The notes beneath the pieces are model-generated. The model worked only from the letters and a program-made list of their open reading frames with translations. It did no database searches and was not told the origin of the DNA. A DNA stretch of 64,000 bases from Candidatus Abzuiibacterium crystallinum (GTDB taxonomy: Bacteria; Omnitrophota; Omnitrophia; Omnitrophales; Abzuiibacteriaceae), in assembly GCA_002787155.1 (NCBI GenBank), contig PCVY01000068.1, forward strand, positions 2,426 to 66,425. Reading direction: 5' to 3'. Of this stretch, positions 9,855 to 17,795 are shown in pieces (the stretch's first letter is position 1; each line of letters begins with the position of its first letter). Both the position numbers and the translations under genes were made by a program.

Positions 9855-9889
9855 AAGGGATGGGCTGCCAAAGCTCATCCCTTTTTTAT
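9855..9889 (+). terminator. rho-independent terminator after the small ORF
   Basis: AAGGGATGGGCT-GCCAA-AGCTCATCCCTT hairpin followed by TTTTTTATT. Confidence 0.75.
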
Positions 9890-9930
9890 TGAAACTAATT
9901 TTTGAACTCTATTAATCCTTTATAGGTTCT

Positions 9931-11157
9931 ATGAGAGTTGTTGCTATTGTATTGGGTGGCGGGCAAGGTAAGCGATTGTTCCCGCTCACACGGGATCGTT
10001 CAAAACCAGCCGTTCCAATCGGCGGGAAGTATCGGTTAGTTGATATTCCCATCAGCCATTCGTTACAATCCGGGATTCGCGATATTTTTGTTCTCACCCA
10101 ATTTAATTCATCTTCCCTAAACAACCATATTTTAAATACTTACAAGTTTGATTATTTTAGCCGCTCAAAAGTCACTCTGTTAGCTGCCGAACAAACGCTG
10201 TCAGGGGAACAATGGTTTCAAGGAACAGCAGATGCGGTTCGGTGTCATTTGGCACATTACCATTTAGAAGAAGATGATACGGTTTTAATCTTATCGGGCG
10301 ATCATTTGTACCGGATGAATTTTAGAGAGCTGATCGCATGGCATGAACATAGGAAAGCAGATGTTACCCTTTCTGTGATTGGCATACCTGAGAAAGAAGT
10401 TCAGCAATTTGGCATTTTAAAAGCAAAATCCTCCGGCTTGATCACAAGTTTTCTTGAAAAGCCGGGTAAGAACGTATCGAAAAAAAGTTATGAATATAAA
10501 CAAAACACTTATTTAGCTTCCATGGGGATCTATGTTTTTAAAGCGCGTGTTTTGATTGACTTATTACGCGGCCCTGAAGCTGATTTCGGGAAAGAATTGA
10601 TTCCGCGTGCGATTAAATCCGTGAAGTGCTACGCTTACCATTTTCCAGGTTATTGGCGTGATATCGGAACAATCCGAAGTTATTATCAAGCTAACTTAGA
10701 ACTCACGGGCCGGCATCCAAAATTTCGTTTTCACGAAGAAGATTTTGGCCCGATTTTTACCCACCCCCGCTTCTTACCCTCCACACGTATCAATCAAGCT
10801 AAAATCATTAACTCGCTGATTACTGAGGGAAGCGTGATCGAACAAGCGGAGATTAATCATTCCGTGGTGGGGCTTAGGACGATCATACGCAAGAATGTTA
10901 AAGTGTCCAATTCGGTGATTATCGGAGCTGATTTTTATGAGCCGGAGAAAAACAAGAAACATCCAATTCCTATCGGAGTCGGTGAGGGGAGCGTCATCGA
11001 GAATGCCATCATTGATAAAAATGCACGGATTGGGAAAGGTGTGATGATAAGAAATCGGAAATTGATCGAGCAGTTTGACAGCAAAAACTATTATATTCGC
11101 GATGGGATCGTCATCATTCCGCGCGATGCCATTATCCCTAACCATGCGGATATTTAA
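9931..11157 (+). CDS. glgC: glucose-1-phosphate adenylyltransferase
   Basis: AIVLGGGQGKRLFPLTRDRSKPAVPIGGKYRLVDIPISHSLQSGIRDIFVLTQF is the canonical GlgC N-terminus. C-terminal left-handed beta-helix region present. Confidence 0.9.
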   Translation: MRVVAIVLGGGQGKRLFPLTRDRSKPAVPIGGKYRLVDIPISHSLQSGIRDIFVLTQFNSSSLNNHILNTYKFDYFSRSKVTLLAAEQTLSGEQWFQGTADAVRCHLAHYHLEEDDTVLILSGDHLYRMNFRELIAWHEHRKADVTLSVIGIPEKEVQQFGILKAKSSGLITSFLEKPGKNVSKKSYEYKQNTYLASMGIYVFKARVLIDLLRGPEADFGKELIPRAIKSVKCYAYHFPGYWRDIGTIRSYYQANLELTGRHPKFRFHEEDFGPIFTHPRFLPSTRINQAKIINSLITEGSVIEQAEINHSVVGLRTIIRKNVKVSNSVIIGADFYEPEKNKKHPIPIGVGEGSVIENAIIDKNARIGKGVMIRNRKLIEQFDSKNYYIRDGIVIIPRDAIIPNHADI

Positions 11158-11160
11158 GTC

Positions 11161-11817
11161 ATGAGACAAGCTCGTTATGTCATCGTAGGCGTGATCATCA
11201 TTGGCGTGCTGGTAGCGCTGGTGATGACGCTTAGGCATTTGTATCCGATGGTAAAGCCTGCGGAAGTTTTAAAGCCGTCAGTGGAAAAACTAAACACAAG
11301 AAGCAAGGGTCCGAATAATGCGCCTATTGTCATTGTTGAATATAGTGATTACCAATGTCCGTCCTGCCGCACAGCTCAAGAACCGCTCCATAAGATTCTA
11401 GAGCAATTTCCGGGCTTGATCCGCCTCGAATCAAAATCTTTTCCGCTGCAGATGCATCGTTATTCCTTTTTAGCAGCGCTGGCAGCTGAATGCGCGGGGA
11501 CGTTTGGCAAGTTTTGGCTCTACCATGAACTTTTATTTGAACAGCAAAGTGAGTGGGCTAAAGATCCGGATGCGATGAGCTTGATGCTGGCGTATGCCAA
11601 TGATCTTCAGATACCCATTGAGCCGTTTGTGGGTTGCTTGGATAAATCTGAAATGGGAGTCCGGGTGAAAGAAGATAAGCGTTCGGGAGAATTATTATCT
11701 GTCAACTCAACCCCCACTTTTTTTATCAATGGAGAACGCTTTGTGGGTGCTAAGCAGCTATCCGAACAAGGGACAGCGTTTATCAAAGAAAAACTTAATT
11801 CGCTGACGGGGAAATAA
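11161..11817 (+). CDS. DsbA-family thiol:disulfide oxidoreductase (membrane-anchored thioredoxin fold)
   Basis: N-terminal TM helix, then CPSC redox motif in a thioredoxin-like context (IVIVEYSDYQCPSC). Confidence 0.7.
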   Translation: MRQARYVIVGVIIIGVLVALVMTLRHLYPMVKPAEVLKPSVEKLNTRSKGPNNAPIVIVEYSDYQCPSCRTAQEPLHKILEQFPGLIRLESKSFPLQMHRYSFLAALAAECAGTFGKFWLYHELLFEQQSEWAKDPDAMSLMLAYANDLQIPIEPFVGCLDKSEMGVRVKEDKRSGELLSVNSTPTFFINGERFVGAKQLSEQGTAFIKEKLNSLTGK

Positions 11818-12263
11818 TGATGACCCGTGCACTTTTGCTGATCACACGATTTGTGACCGGAAGTCTTTTTGTGATTGCCGGATGGAGTAAATTGAGCCGT
11901 CCAGTTCAAGAATTTCAGTATGTGATTGAAAGCTATCAAATTTTTCCTAATTTCGTTATCCCGGTCATGGCGCATGTTGTTCCATGGGTTGAGTTTATTT
12001 TGGGTGCGTTTCTTATTCTTGGGTATTTACGTCGATTAAGTGCAGGCATACTAAGCGTTTTATGTGCTGGATTTATCGGATTGCTGACGTCTGCAGTGGT
12101 GCGCGGCATCGATTTGGGCAATTGCGGCTGTTTTGGCGAAAGCATCCATTTAACACCGCTTCAGGCGCTTGGCGTTGATACTTGTTTGTTGATCGCGTTG
12201 CTGTACTTGGTTATGAACAAAAAAAGAGTTCTCGATTTGGACGAATGGTTGACACAGCCATAA
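11817..12263 (+). CDS. MauE/DoxX-family membrane protein (candidate DsbA re-oxidation partner)
   Basis: 148 aa, 4 TM. CGCFG motif typical of MauE/DoxX. Start overlaps the DsbA stop (ATGA). Confidence 0.6.
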   Translation: MMTRALLLITRFVTGSLFVIAGWSKLSRPVQEFQYVIESYQIFPNFVIPVMAHVVPWVEFILGAFLILGYLRRLSAGILSVLCAGFIGLLTSAVVRGIDLGNCGCFGESIHLTPLQALGVDTCLLIALLYLVMNKKRVLDLDEWLTQP

Positions 12264-12276
12264 AACAGCGGGGCTC

Positions 12277-14613
12277 ATGTTTCATCTCAAAATAGGCGCT
12301 CGACTGGTTATTGGGTTTTTAATTATCTCGCTACTACTTGGTGTAGTGAGTTTTGTTTCTTTTCGGCAATTAGGACAAGTCAAAGATCCGCTCACACAAG
12401 ACATCCCCCGTGGTTTAAAAGATATTGAGACAACCTCGCGCCTTGACAGCATTGCGCAACGCATTCGTTATTTTGATCAGGTTTTGACTGATGCAGCAAG
12501 TAGCTATGCCAGCACAGGTGATCGGCGCTGGAAAACGCGCTATCAAACCATTGAACCCCAGCTGGATGCTATTATTAAAGAAGCCATTGCAAAGGGGGAT
12601 GCCGATGATCAAAAAACCTTTCAAGAAGTCCAAAAAGCGAAATTGTCATTTGCTGAGTATGAGAAACAAGCAATTCAAGCTGCGGACCGTGATGAAACAA
12701 ACTATGCGCTATCCATTTTAGAAGATGCAGCTTATTGGCAGTCTAAAGAAGAATACAAACGAGCTTTGGAAGCTTATGTAGAACGGCGAGGCAAGAAATA
12801 TACCGAAACACTTGAAGTGACCACAACACAAGTTAATCGGATTGTCAAAAAAACGTATGAATTGGTAGATCAATCGATGCACCGATTGATGAATGTTTCA
12901 CTTTTTTCCGTTGCGCTAGCTCTTTTGTTTGGTTTGCTCGTAGCACGCTCCATTATCAAACCGCTTCACATGCTCCAACAAGGGGCAGTTATCATTGGAA
13001 AGGGAAACCTAAAGCATAAGATACCGGTTAGTTCAAAGGACGAAATAGGCGAACTTGCCAATTCCTTCAATGAGATGACGCGAAAGCTTGAAGAGTCGTA
13101 CACCATCTTAGAAGAAAAAGTGAAAGAGCGCACAAAGGGGTTGAGTGAGGCGAACATCAAATTGGAGCAGGAGAAAGCTAAGGACGATGCATTGATTTCC
13201 AGTTTAGGCGAAGGTATGATCGCCACCGATCCTGAGGGAAAGATTATGCGCATTAACCACCAGGCGGCTGCGATGATGGGATGGCGTGAAAATGACGTGA
13301 TCGGGAAATCGGTTTATGAGCTGATTGCTTTCGAAGATGAGCGGTATGGCACTATCTCAAAAGAAAAGCATCCCATTCTAACGACGATTAAAAAAGGCAA
13401 AGGAACTGTGATGAGCGCTTATTTGTCCCGCCCGGATGAATCAAGATTTCCCGTCACAATGACGGTTGCTCCCATTGCCCTCGACGATCAAATTGCAGGC
13501 GCCATTGCTATCATGCGCGATATTACAAAAGAAAAAGAAATTGAAAACATGAAAAATGAGTTTGTTTCAACCGTTAGTCATGAGTTACGAACGCCGCTGA
13601 CGATCATTAAAGAATTTGTGGCACTGGTTTTTGATGGCGTGGCAGGCAGTGTGAACGACAAACAGAAAAAGTTTTTATCAACAGCAACAAACAACATTGA
13701 TCGGTTGGCACGCATTATCAATGATTTGCTGGACATTTCAAAAATAGAAGCGGGCAAAATTGTTCTCAACCGAACCATGGTTGATATGGAAGCCCTGTGT
13801 AGTGAAATAGTGGAAAACGGTAAAACCCTATTCACCGAAAAGAAAATTCGCATCCAAACCGCCATCGAAAAAAAGCTGCCGCTTCTTTTTGTGGACCGGG
13901 ACAAAATGATCCAAGTTTTTACTAACCTCATTGGCAATGCGGCTAAGTTCACCCCAGCGGGCGGTTTGGTAGTGATGACGGCAGTCTTGAAAAATGGGAG
14001 CATTGAATTTGCGGTCGCTGACACGGGGCCGGGTATTTCAAAGGAGAATCTGAAAAAGACGTTTGGGAAGTTTGAACAATTTGGCAGGCAACACGGAGCG
14101 GGCGCCAAAGGAACAGGTTTAGGCTTGGCCATTTCGAAAGGGCTGGTTGAATTGCATGGGGGCCGTATTAAAGTGGAAAGCGAATTTGGCATGGGAACAA
14201 AATTCTCATTCACGATTCCCATTCAAAATGAGCGCGATATTTTTACCAACGAACTAAAGAAGCGAGTCAAAGCAAACCAGCAAAAATTAGCTTCCACCTC
14301 GGTAATCAAAATATGGCCACATGGCAGAAAATCAGATAAAATAACAGCTTCAAAAGAAAGTCTGGATAACACAAACGCCGTTATTGAGATCATACGAAGC
14401 ACTTTGCGAAGTAATAGCGATGAATTAATGCGGCTGGATGAAGGGATGCTGGCGCTTATCTTAGAAGGAGACGGGCAAGCTGCTGAACAAGTAAGTCAGC
14501 GTGTTCAAGCAGCTTTGAAGAAAATAGAAGCAGCAAATCAGTTAGAATTTGAAATCATATCGACTAATCAGTTTGATGAACAAGAATTCTTAAATCGGGT
14601 GATTGGCATCTAA
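12277..14613 (+). CDS. sensor histidine kinase (periplasmic sensor-HAMP-PAS-HisKA-HATPase) with a ~125-aa C-terminal extension
   Basis: Two TM helices flank a ~190-aa periplasmic region. HAMP (IGELANSFNEMTRKL), PAS, H-box SHELRTPLT, and N/G1/G2 boxes (NLIGNAAKF, DTGPGI, GTGLGLAI). The tail after the ATPase is unexplained. Confidence 0.85.
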   Translation: MFHLKIGARLVIGFLIISLLLGVVSFVSFRQLGQVKDPLTQDIPRGLKDIETTSRLDSIAQRIRYFDQVLTDAASSYASTGDRRWKTRYQTIEPQLDAIIKEAIAKGDADDQKTFQEVQKAKLSFAEYEKQAIQAADRDETNYALSILEDAAYWQSKEEYKRALEAYVERRGKKYTETLEVTTTQVNRIVKKTYELVDQSMHRLMNVSLFSVALALLFGLLVARSIIKPLHMLQQGAVIIGKGNLKHKIPVSSKDEIGELANSFNEMTRKLEESYTILEEKVKERTKGLSEANIKLEQEKAKDDALISSLGEGMIATDPEGKIMRINHQAAAMMGWRENDVIGKSVYELIAFEDERYGTISKEKHPILTTIKKGKGTVMSAYLSRPDESRFPVTMTVAPIALDDQIAGAIAIMRDITKEKEIENMKNEFVSTVSHELRTPLTIIKEFVALVFDGVAGSVNDKQKKFLSTATNNIDRLARIINDLLDISKIEAGKIVLNRTMVDMEALCSEIVENGKTLFTEKKIRIQTAIEKKLPLLFVDRDKMIQVFTNLIGNAAKFTPAGGLVVMTAVLKNGSIEFAVADTGPGISKENLKKTFGKFEQFGRQHGAGAKGTGLGLAISKGLVELHGGRIKVESEFGMGTKFSFTIPIQNERDIFTNELKKRVKANQQKLASTSVIKIWPHGRKSDKITASKESLDNTNAVIEIIRSTLRSNSDELMRLDEGMLALILEGDGQAAEQVSQRVQAALKKIEAANQLEFEIISTNQFDEQEFLNRVIGI

Positions 14614-14632
14614 GCGGAAGGAAGGATGATAC

Positions 14633-14995
14633 ATGAAAAATATTTTAATTGTAGACGATGAAAAAGACATACGTGACTTAATCAGAATTCGTTTTGAAAC
14701 AGAAACTGATTTTAGCATTCAGGTCGCTGAAGATGGCGATGAAGCCATTGCGCTGGTTAAAGAGAAGGAACCCGATCTGATCATTATGGATGTTCTCATG
14801 CCTAACTTAGATGGATTAACCACTTTAAAAGAGATAAACAAAATCACGCCAAAGCAAATACCGGTCATCATTGTCACTGGTAAAGCCGCCATGCTGGAAG
14901 AGGCATTCAGGCTTGAAGGTGCAAAGGATTTCATGATAAAACCGATTGATGCAAAACAAGTTGTCAAGAAAGCAAAGGAACTTTTAGGAGTTTAG
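14633..14995 (+). CDS. single-domain response regulator (CheY-like receiver)
   Basis: ILIVDDE ... LIIMDVLMPNLDG ... conserved K in MIKP. 120 aa. Confidence 0.85.
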   Translation: MKNILIVDDEKDIRDLIRIRFETETDFSIQVAEDGDEAIALVKEKEPDLIIMDVLMPNLDGLTTLKEINKITPKQIPVIIVTGKAAMLEEAFRLEGAKDFMIKPIDAKQVVKKAKELLGV

Positions 14996-15003
14996 GGGGC
15001 AGA

Positions 15004-15378
15004 ATGAATCAGAAAAAGATTTTAATCGTTGATGACGAAGAAGAAATTATTCTAGCGGTACAGGCGCGCTTGGAAGCAAACGGTTACGATGTCATCGCTG
15101 CCCATGATGGTGAAGAAGGACTCAAAATGGCCAGAGAGAACAAGGTTGATTTAGTAATTTTAGATCTGATGCTGCCAAAAATGGATGGCTATAAAGTCTG
15201 CGCGCTTTTGAAAAAAGATGAACGTTATGCCAAAATCCCGGTACTTATGTTTACAGCGCGCGCAGGCGCTGAAGAGGCCAGGATTGCCGTTGAAGATTGT
15301 AAGGCAAATGCTTATCTCACCAAGCCGTTTGATGCACCAGTTTTACTTAAAAAAATAGCTGAACTCATTCAATCATAA
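15004..15378 (+). CDS. single-domain response regulator (CheY-like receiver)
   Basis: ILIVDDEEEI ... LVILDLMLPKMDG ... LTKP. 124 aa. Confidence 0.85.
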   Translation: MNQKKILIVDDEEEIILAVQARLEANGYDVIAAHDGEEGLKMARENKVDLVILDLMLPKMDGYKVCALLKKDERYAKIPVLMFTARAGAEEARIAVEDCKANAYLTKPFDAPVLLKKIAELIQS

Positions 15379-15388
15379 GTAGGGATGT

Positions 15389-16354
15389 ATGGTATTTTTT
15401 CGGAAGAAAAAAACGCCGGAACAAGAACCTGCCATTAAAACTTGTCTGATTGAACTCACGCACAATCAAATCAAGCATGCTGTTGTGAGTGTACGCGGTG
15501 ATCGTTACGTCATTGAAAAGTTAAAAGTCAGCCCTCAAATCGAAAATGAGCCGCTGGGGAATCAGGTGAAGCGTATCATGGGCGAAAACCCACGGCGTTA
15601 CCACCATTACTACCTGGCATCCAGTTCGGCGGAAAGCATCTATAAACGGTATTTCATCACGCATATTACAGAATCGCGGTTGAAAGACTACCTAAAAAGT
15701 AAATTAGCGGAAGAAGTAGGGCGGTCAAAAGATCAGTTGTTGATGGATTACCGGCTCATTGAAACGGATCAACCCGGGCATGAAAGTGGTTTTGCCGCCA
15801 TTTTAGTTGGCGCACCAGCGGATACCGTCACCCCATTCCTGAAAGAGCTGAAGCGTGTCAATCTACCCATGTTCCAACCCTTTTTTGCCACACTCAGTGT
15901 TAAACGAATACCTAAAATGTTTGATTTTCCTGAGCGGCATTTGATTATGGTGGTTGATGTGGGTGCAAAAACAACCGAGTTCAGTATGTATTTAAAGGAA
16001 AATTTAGTTGCGCTAAAGACCATTCCGTTCGGAACGGATGAAATTCCGGCAATTTTAAAAGAAGCCGCTGTTAAGGAAACCGACAAAATCGTTTTCGAGG
16101 ATTTGATCAAAGCAATTTCCGAGACCGTTAATGAGTTTCGGGTTACGCAAGGGGCAGGGACTGAAAGGGTGTTTGTCACGGGAAACGGGCCCGAATTAAT
16201 GGGACTGGATGAGTTGTTACGGAATGCACTAAACATTCCCGTCAAACAGCTTGATTATAAGAAAGACATTGAAATTTTATCGACAGTTGACCAAACATTG
16301 TTTGATCAATGTTTTCATATGCTCTCAGGCGGGATTGATTTTCTCGCGAGGTAA
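15389..16354 (+). CDS. PilM-like actin-fold ATPase (type IV pilus assembly PilM/FtsA-like), orphan
   Basis: MVVDVGAKTTEFSMY...TIPFGTDEI and C-terminal ...VFVTGNGPELMGLDELL match the PilM nucleotide-binding motifs. No pilN/O/P adjacent. Confidence 0.5.
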   Translation: MVFFRKKKTPEQEPAIKTCLIELTHNQIKHAVVSVRGDRYVIEKLKVSPQIENEPLGNQVKRIMGENPRRYHHYYLASSSAESIYKRYFITHITESRLKDYLKSKLAEEVGRSKDQLLMDYRLIETDQPGHESGFAAILVGAPADTVTPFLKELKRVNLPMFQPFFATLSVKRIPKMFDFPERHLIMVVDVGAKTTEFSMYLKENLVALKTIPFGTDEIPAILKEAAVKETDKIVFEDLIKAISETVNEFRVTQGAGTERVFVTGNGPELMGLDELLRNALNIPVKQLDYKKDIEILSTVDQTLFDQCFHMLSGGIDFLAR

Positions 16355-16362
16355 TCTAAGAC

Positions 16363-17655
16363 TCAATCAACAAAAATTATCTTGGCTGGTGAAAACCCAT
16401 TAAACCCAGGAACGGCACTGGCCGAGGAATACGCTGCAATGTACTTCACATAAATAACATTTCCAACGTCCAGTTCTGGCAAATCCTCAGCAATCGATAA
16501 AGTGTCAAATGAATCGCAGGTCGGACCGGCAATTGTGCTGAGAAACTTTTGACCTCGTCTTAAAGTTTTGAATTCGTATTTACAATGGTCAAAGACAATC
16601 CCTGAGAAATCCTGATAAATTCCGTTATTAATATAATAATAGTTCTTATTGTTTCGGAATGTGCGCCCAATGACTTCGGTGACAAGAATACCAGCCCGCC
16701 CCACCAAAAACCGTCCTGGTTCCGCGATAAATTGAACGTTTTTTGAGAAGCGTTTTCGCATTTTTTTCCGGATTTGCCTGGCAATGATTTCAAAATGAGG
16801 TTGTTTTTCGTCATCAAAGTGTTTAATAGGGAAACCGCCGCCAATATCAATGATCGAAAGCGGTAAATTCTTTTGGTTGGCTTCATCAAAGATATCAGCC
16901 GCCAAATCGAGCGCCTGTAGAAAATTGTCCGGATTTGTGCATTGCGAACCCACATGAAAGCTGATACCCAACGCTTTTAAACCTAGTTGTTCCGCTTTTT
17001 TTAATAGAAAAATGGCCTGATCGGGGTCGGCGCCGAACTTAAGGGACAATTCGACAACACTGCCGATATTTTTGACTTTAATCCGAAGCAAGACACGGGC
17101 ACCGGGCATATGCTTAGCAATTTTATAAAGTTCCGGCTCGTTATCAAAAACCGTGAAATTAACCTTTCTTTTTTGAGCCGCAAGCAAATCGGTGTTTGAC
17201 TTGATGGGATTGGCAAAAATAATTTTCTCTGGTTTCGCGCCCAAATCAAGGACTTGCCGCATTTCTTCACCGCTGGCGACGTCAAAACCAGCGCCGTACC
17301 GAATAAAAGTCTTAATGACATCAGGATGCGGATTGGCTTTAATCGCATAGTAAATGTCAACATTCGGCAGGTATTTACGAAAGCGCTGCAATTGAAAAAG
17401 TAAGACGTTTTTTCGAATCAGCATGAACGGTGTTTTGTGTTTTTTGAGCTGGTCACGGATCAGCCGTTCAACGCCTGCCGCGCTGAATATTTTAGAATTG
17501 ATGGATGTGTTAGTGCCGTTAGAGGTTGGAATTTTCTGGAGAACGGTTTTTTTGATACGAGCAGCGGAATGCGTGATTGCTTTGGAAGTGATGACACCAG
17601 ACATAAATTTAGTTTGCGCTTTCTTATCTAGCCGAGCCATTGATGAAATAGACAT
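16363..17655 (-). CDS. PLP-dependent Orn/Lys/DAP decarboxylase (fold-III, eukaryotic-type ODC-like)
   Basis: YYAIKANPHP...GAGFDVASGEE, FHVGSQ, EPGRFLV and GPTCDSFD motifs. The track ORF extends to 17817 with no upstream stop. A start at Met 17655 (or 17604) fits family length. Confidence 0.75.
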   Translation of the reverse strand: MSISSMARLDKKAQTKFMSGVITSKAITHSAARIKKTVLQKIPTSNGTNTSINSKIFSAAGVERLIRDQLKKHKTPFMLIRKNVLLFQLQRFRKYLPNVDIYYAIKANPHPDVIKTFIRYGAGFDVASGEEMRQVLDLGAKPEKIIFANPIKSNTDLLAAQKRKVNFTVFDNEPELYKIAKHMPGARVLLRIKVKNIGSVVELSLKFGADPDQAIFLLKKAEQLGLKALGISFHVGSQCTNPDNFLQALDLAADIFDEANQKNLPLSIIDIGGGFPIKHFDDEKQPHFEIIARQIRKKMRKRFSKNVQFIAEPGRFLVGRAGILVTEVIGRTFRNNKNYYYINNGIYQDFSGIVFDHCKYEFKTLRRGQKFLSTIAGPTCDSFDTLSIAEDLPELDVGNVIYVKYIAAYSSASAVPGFNGFSPAKIIFVD

Positions 17656-17795
17656 ACTCTTTTTTTCTTCCGCTGCTTTCGTATATGGTATTGTAGCAAG
17701 GTTGGTCGCGACTGCAATAAAAAAAAGCAGTAAATCGTATTTTAACCACCCCCGGTTCCATTGACACCAATAGATATTTTGATGATAATAGCGGC

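Noticed and set aside
13578-14222. 214-aa minus-strand ORF (and several others, e.g. 12966-13253, 15769-16245, 16560-16955, 17001-17363, 47809-48114, 53535-53783)
   Set aside because: All lie antisense within genes that have strong family signatures on the other strand. They have no RBS and low-complexity Ser/Pro-rich translations, so they are treated as spurious shadow ORFs.
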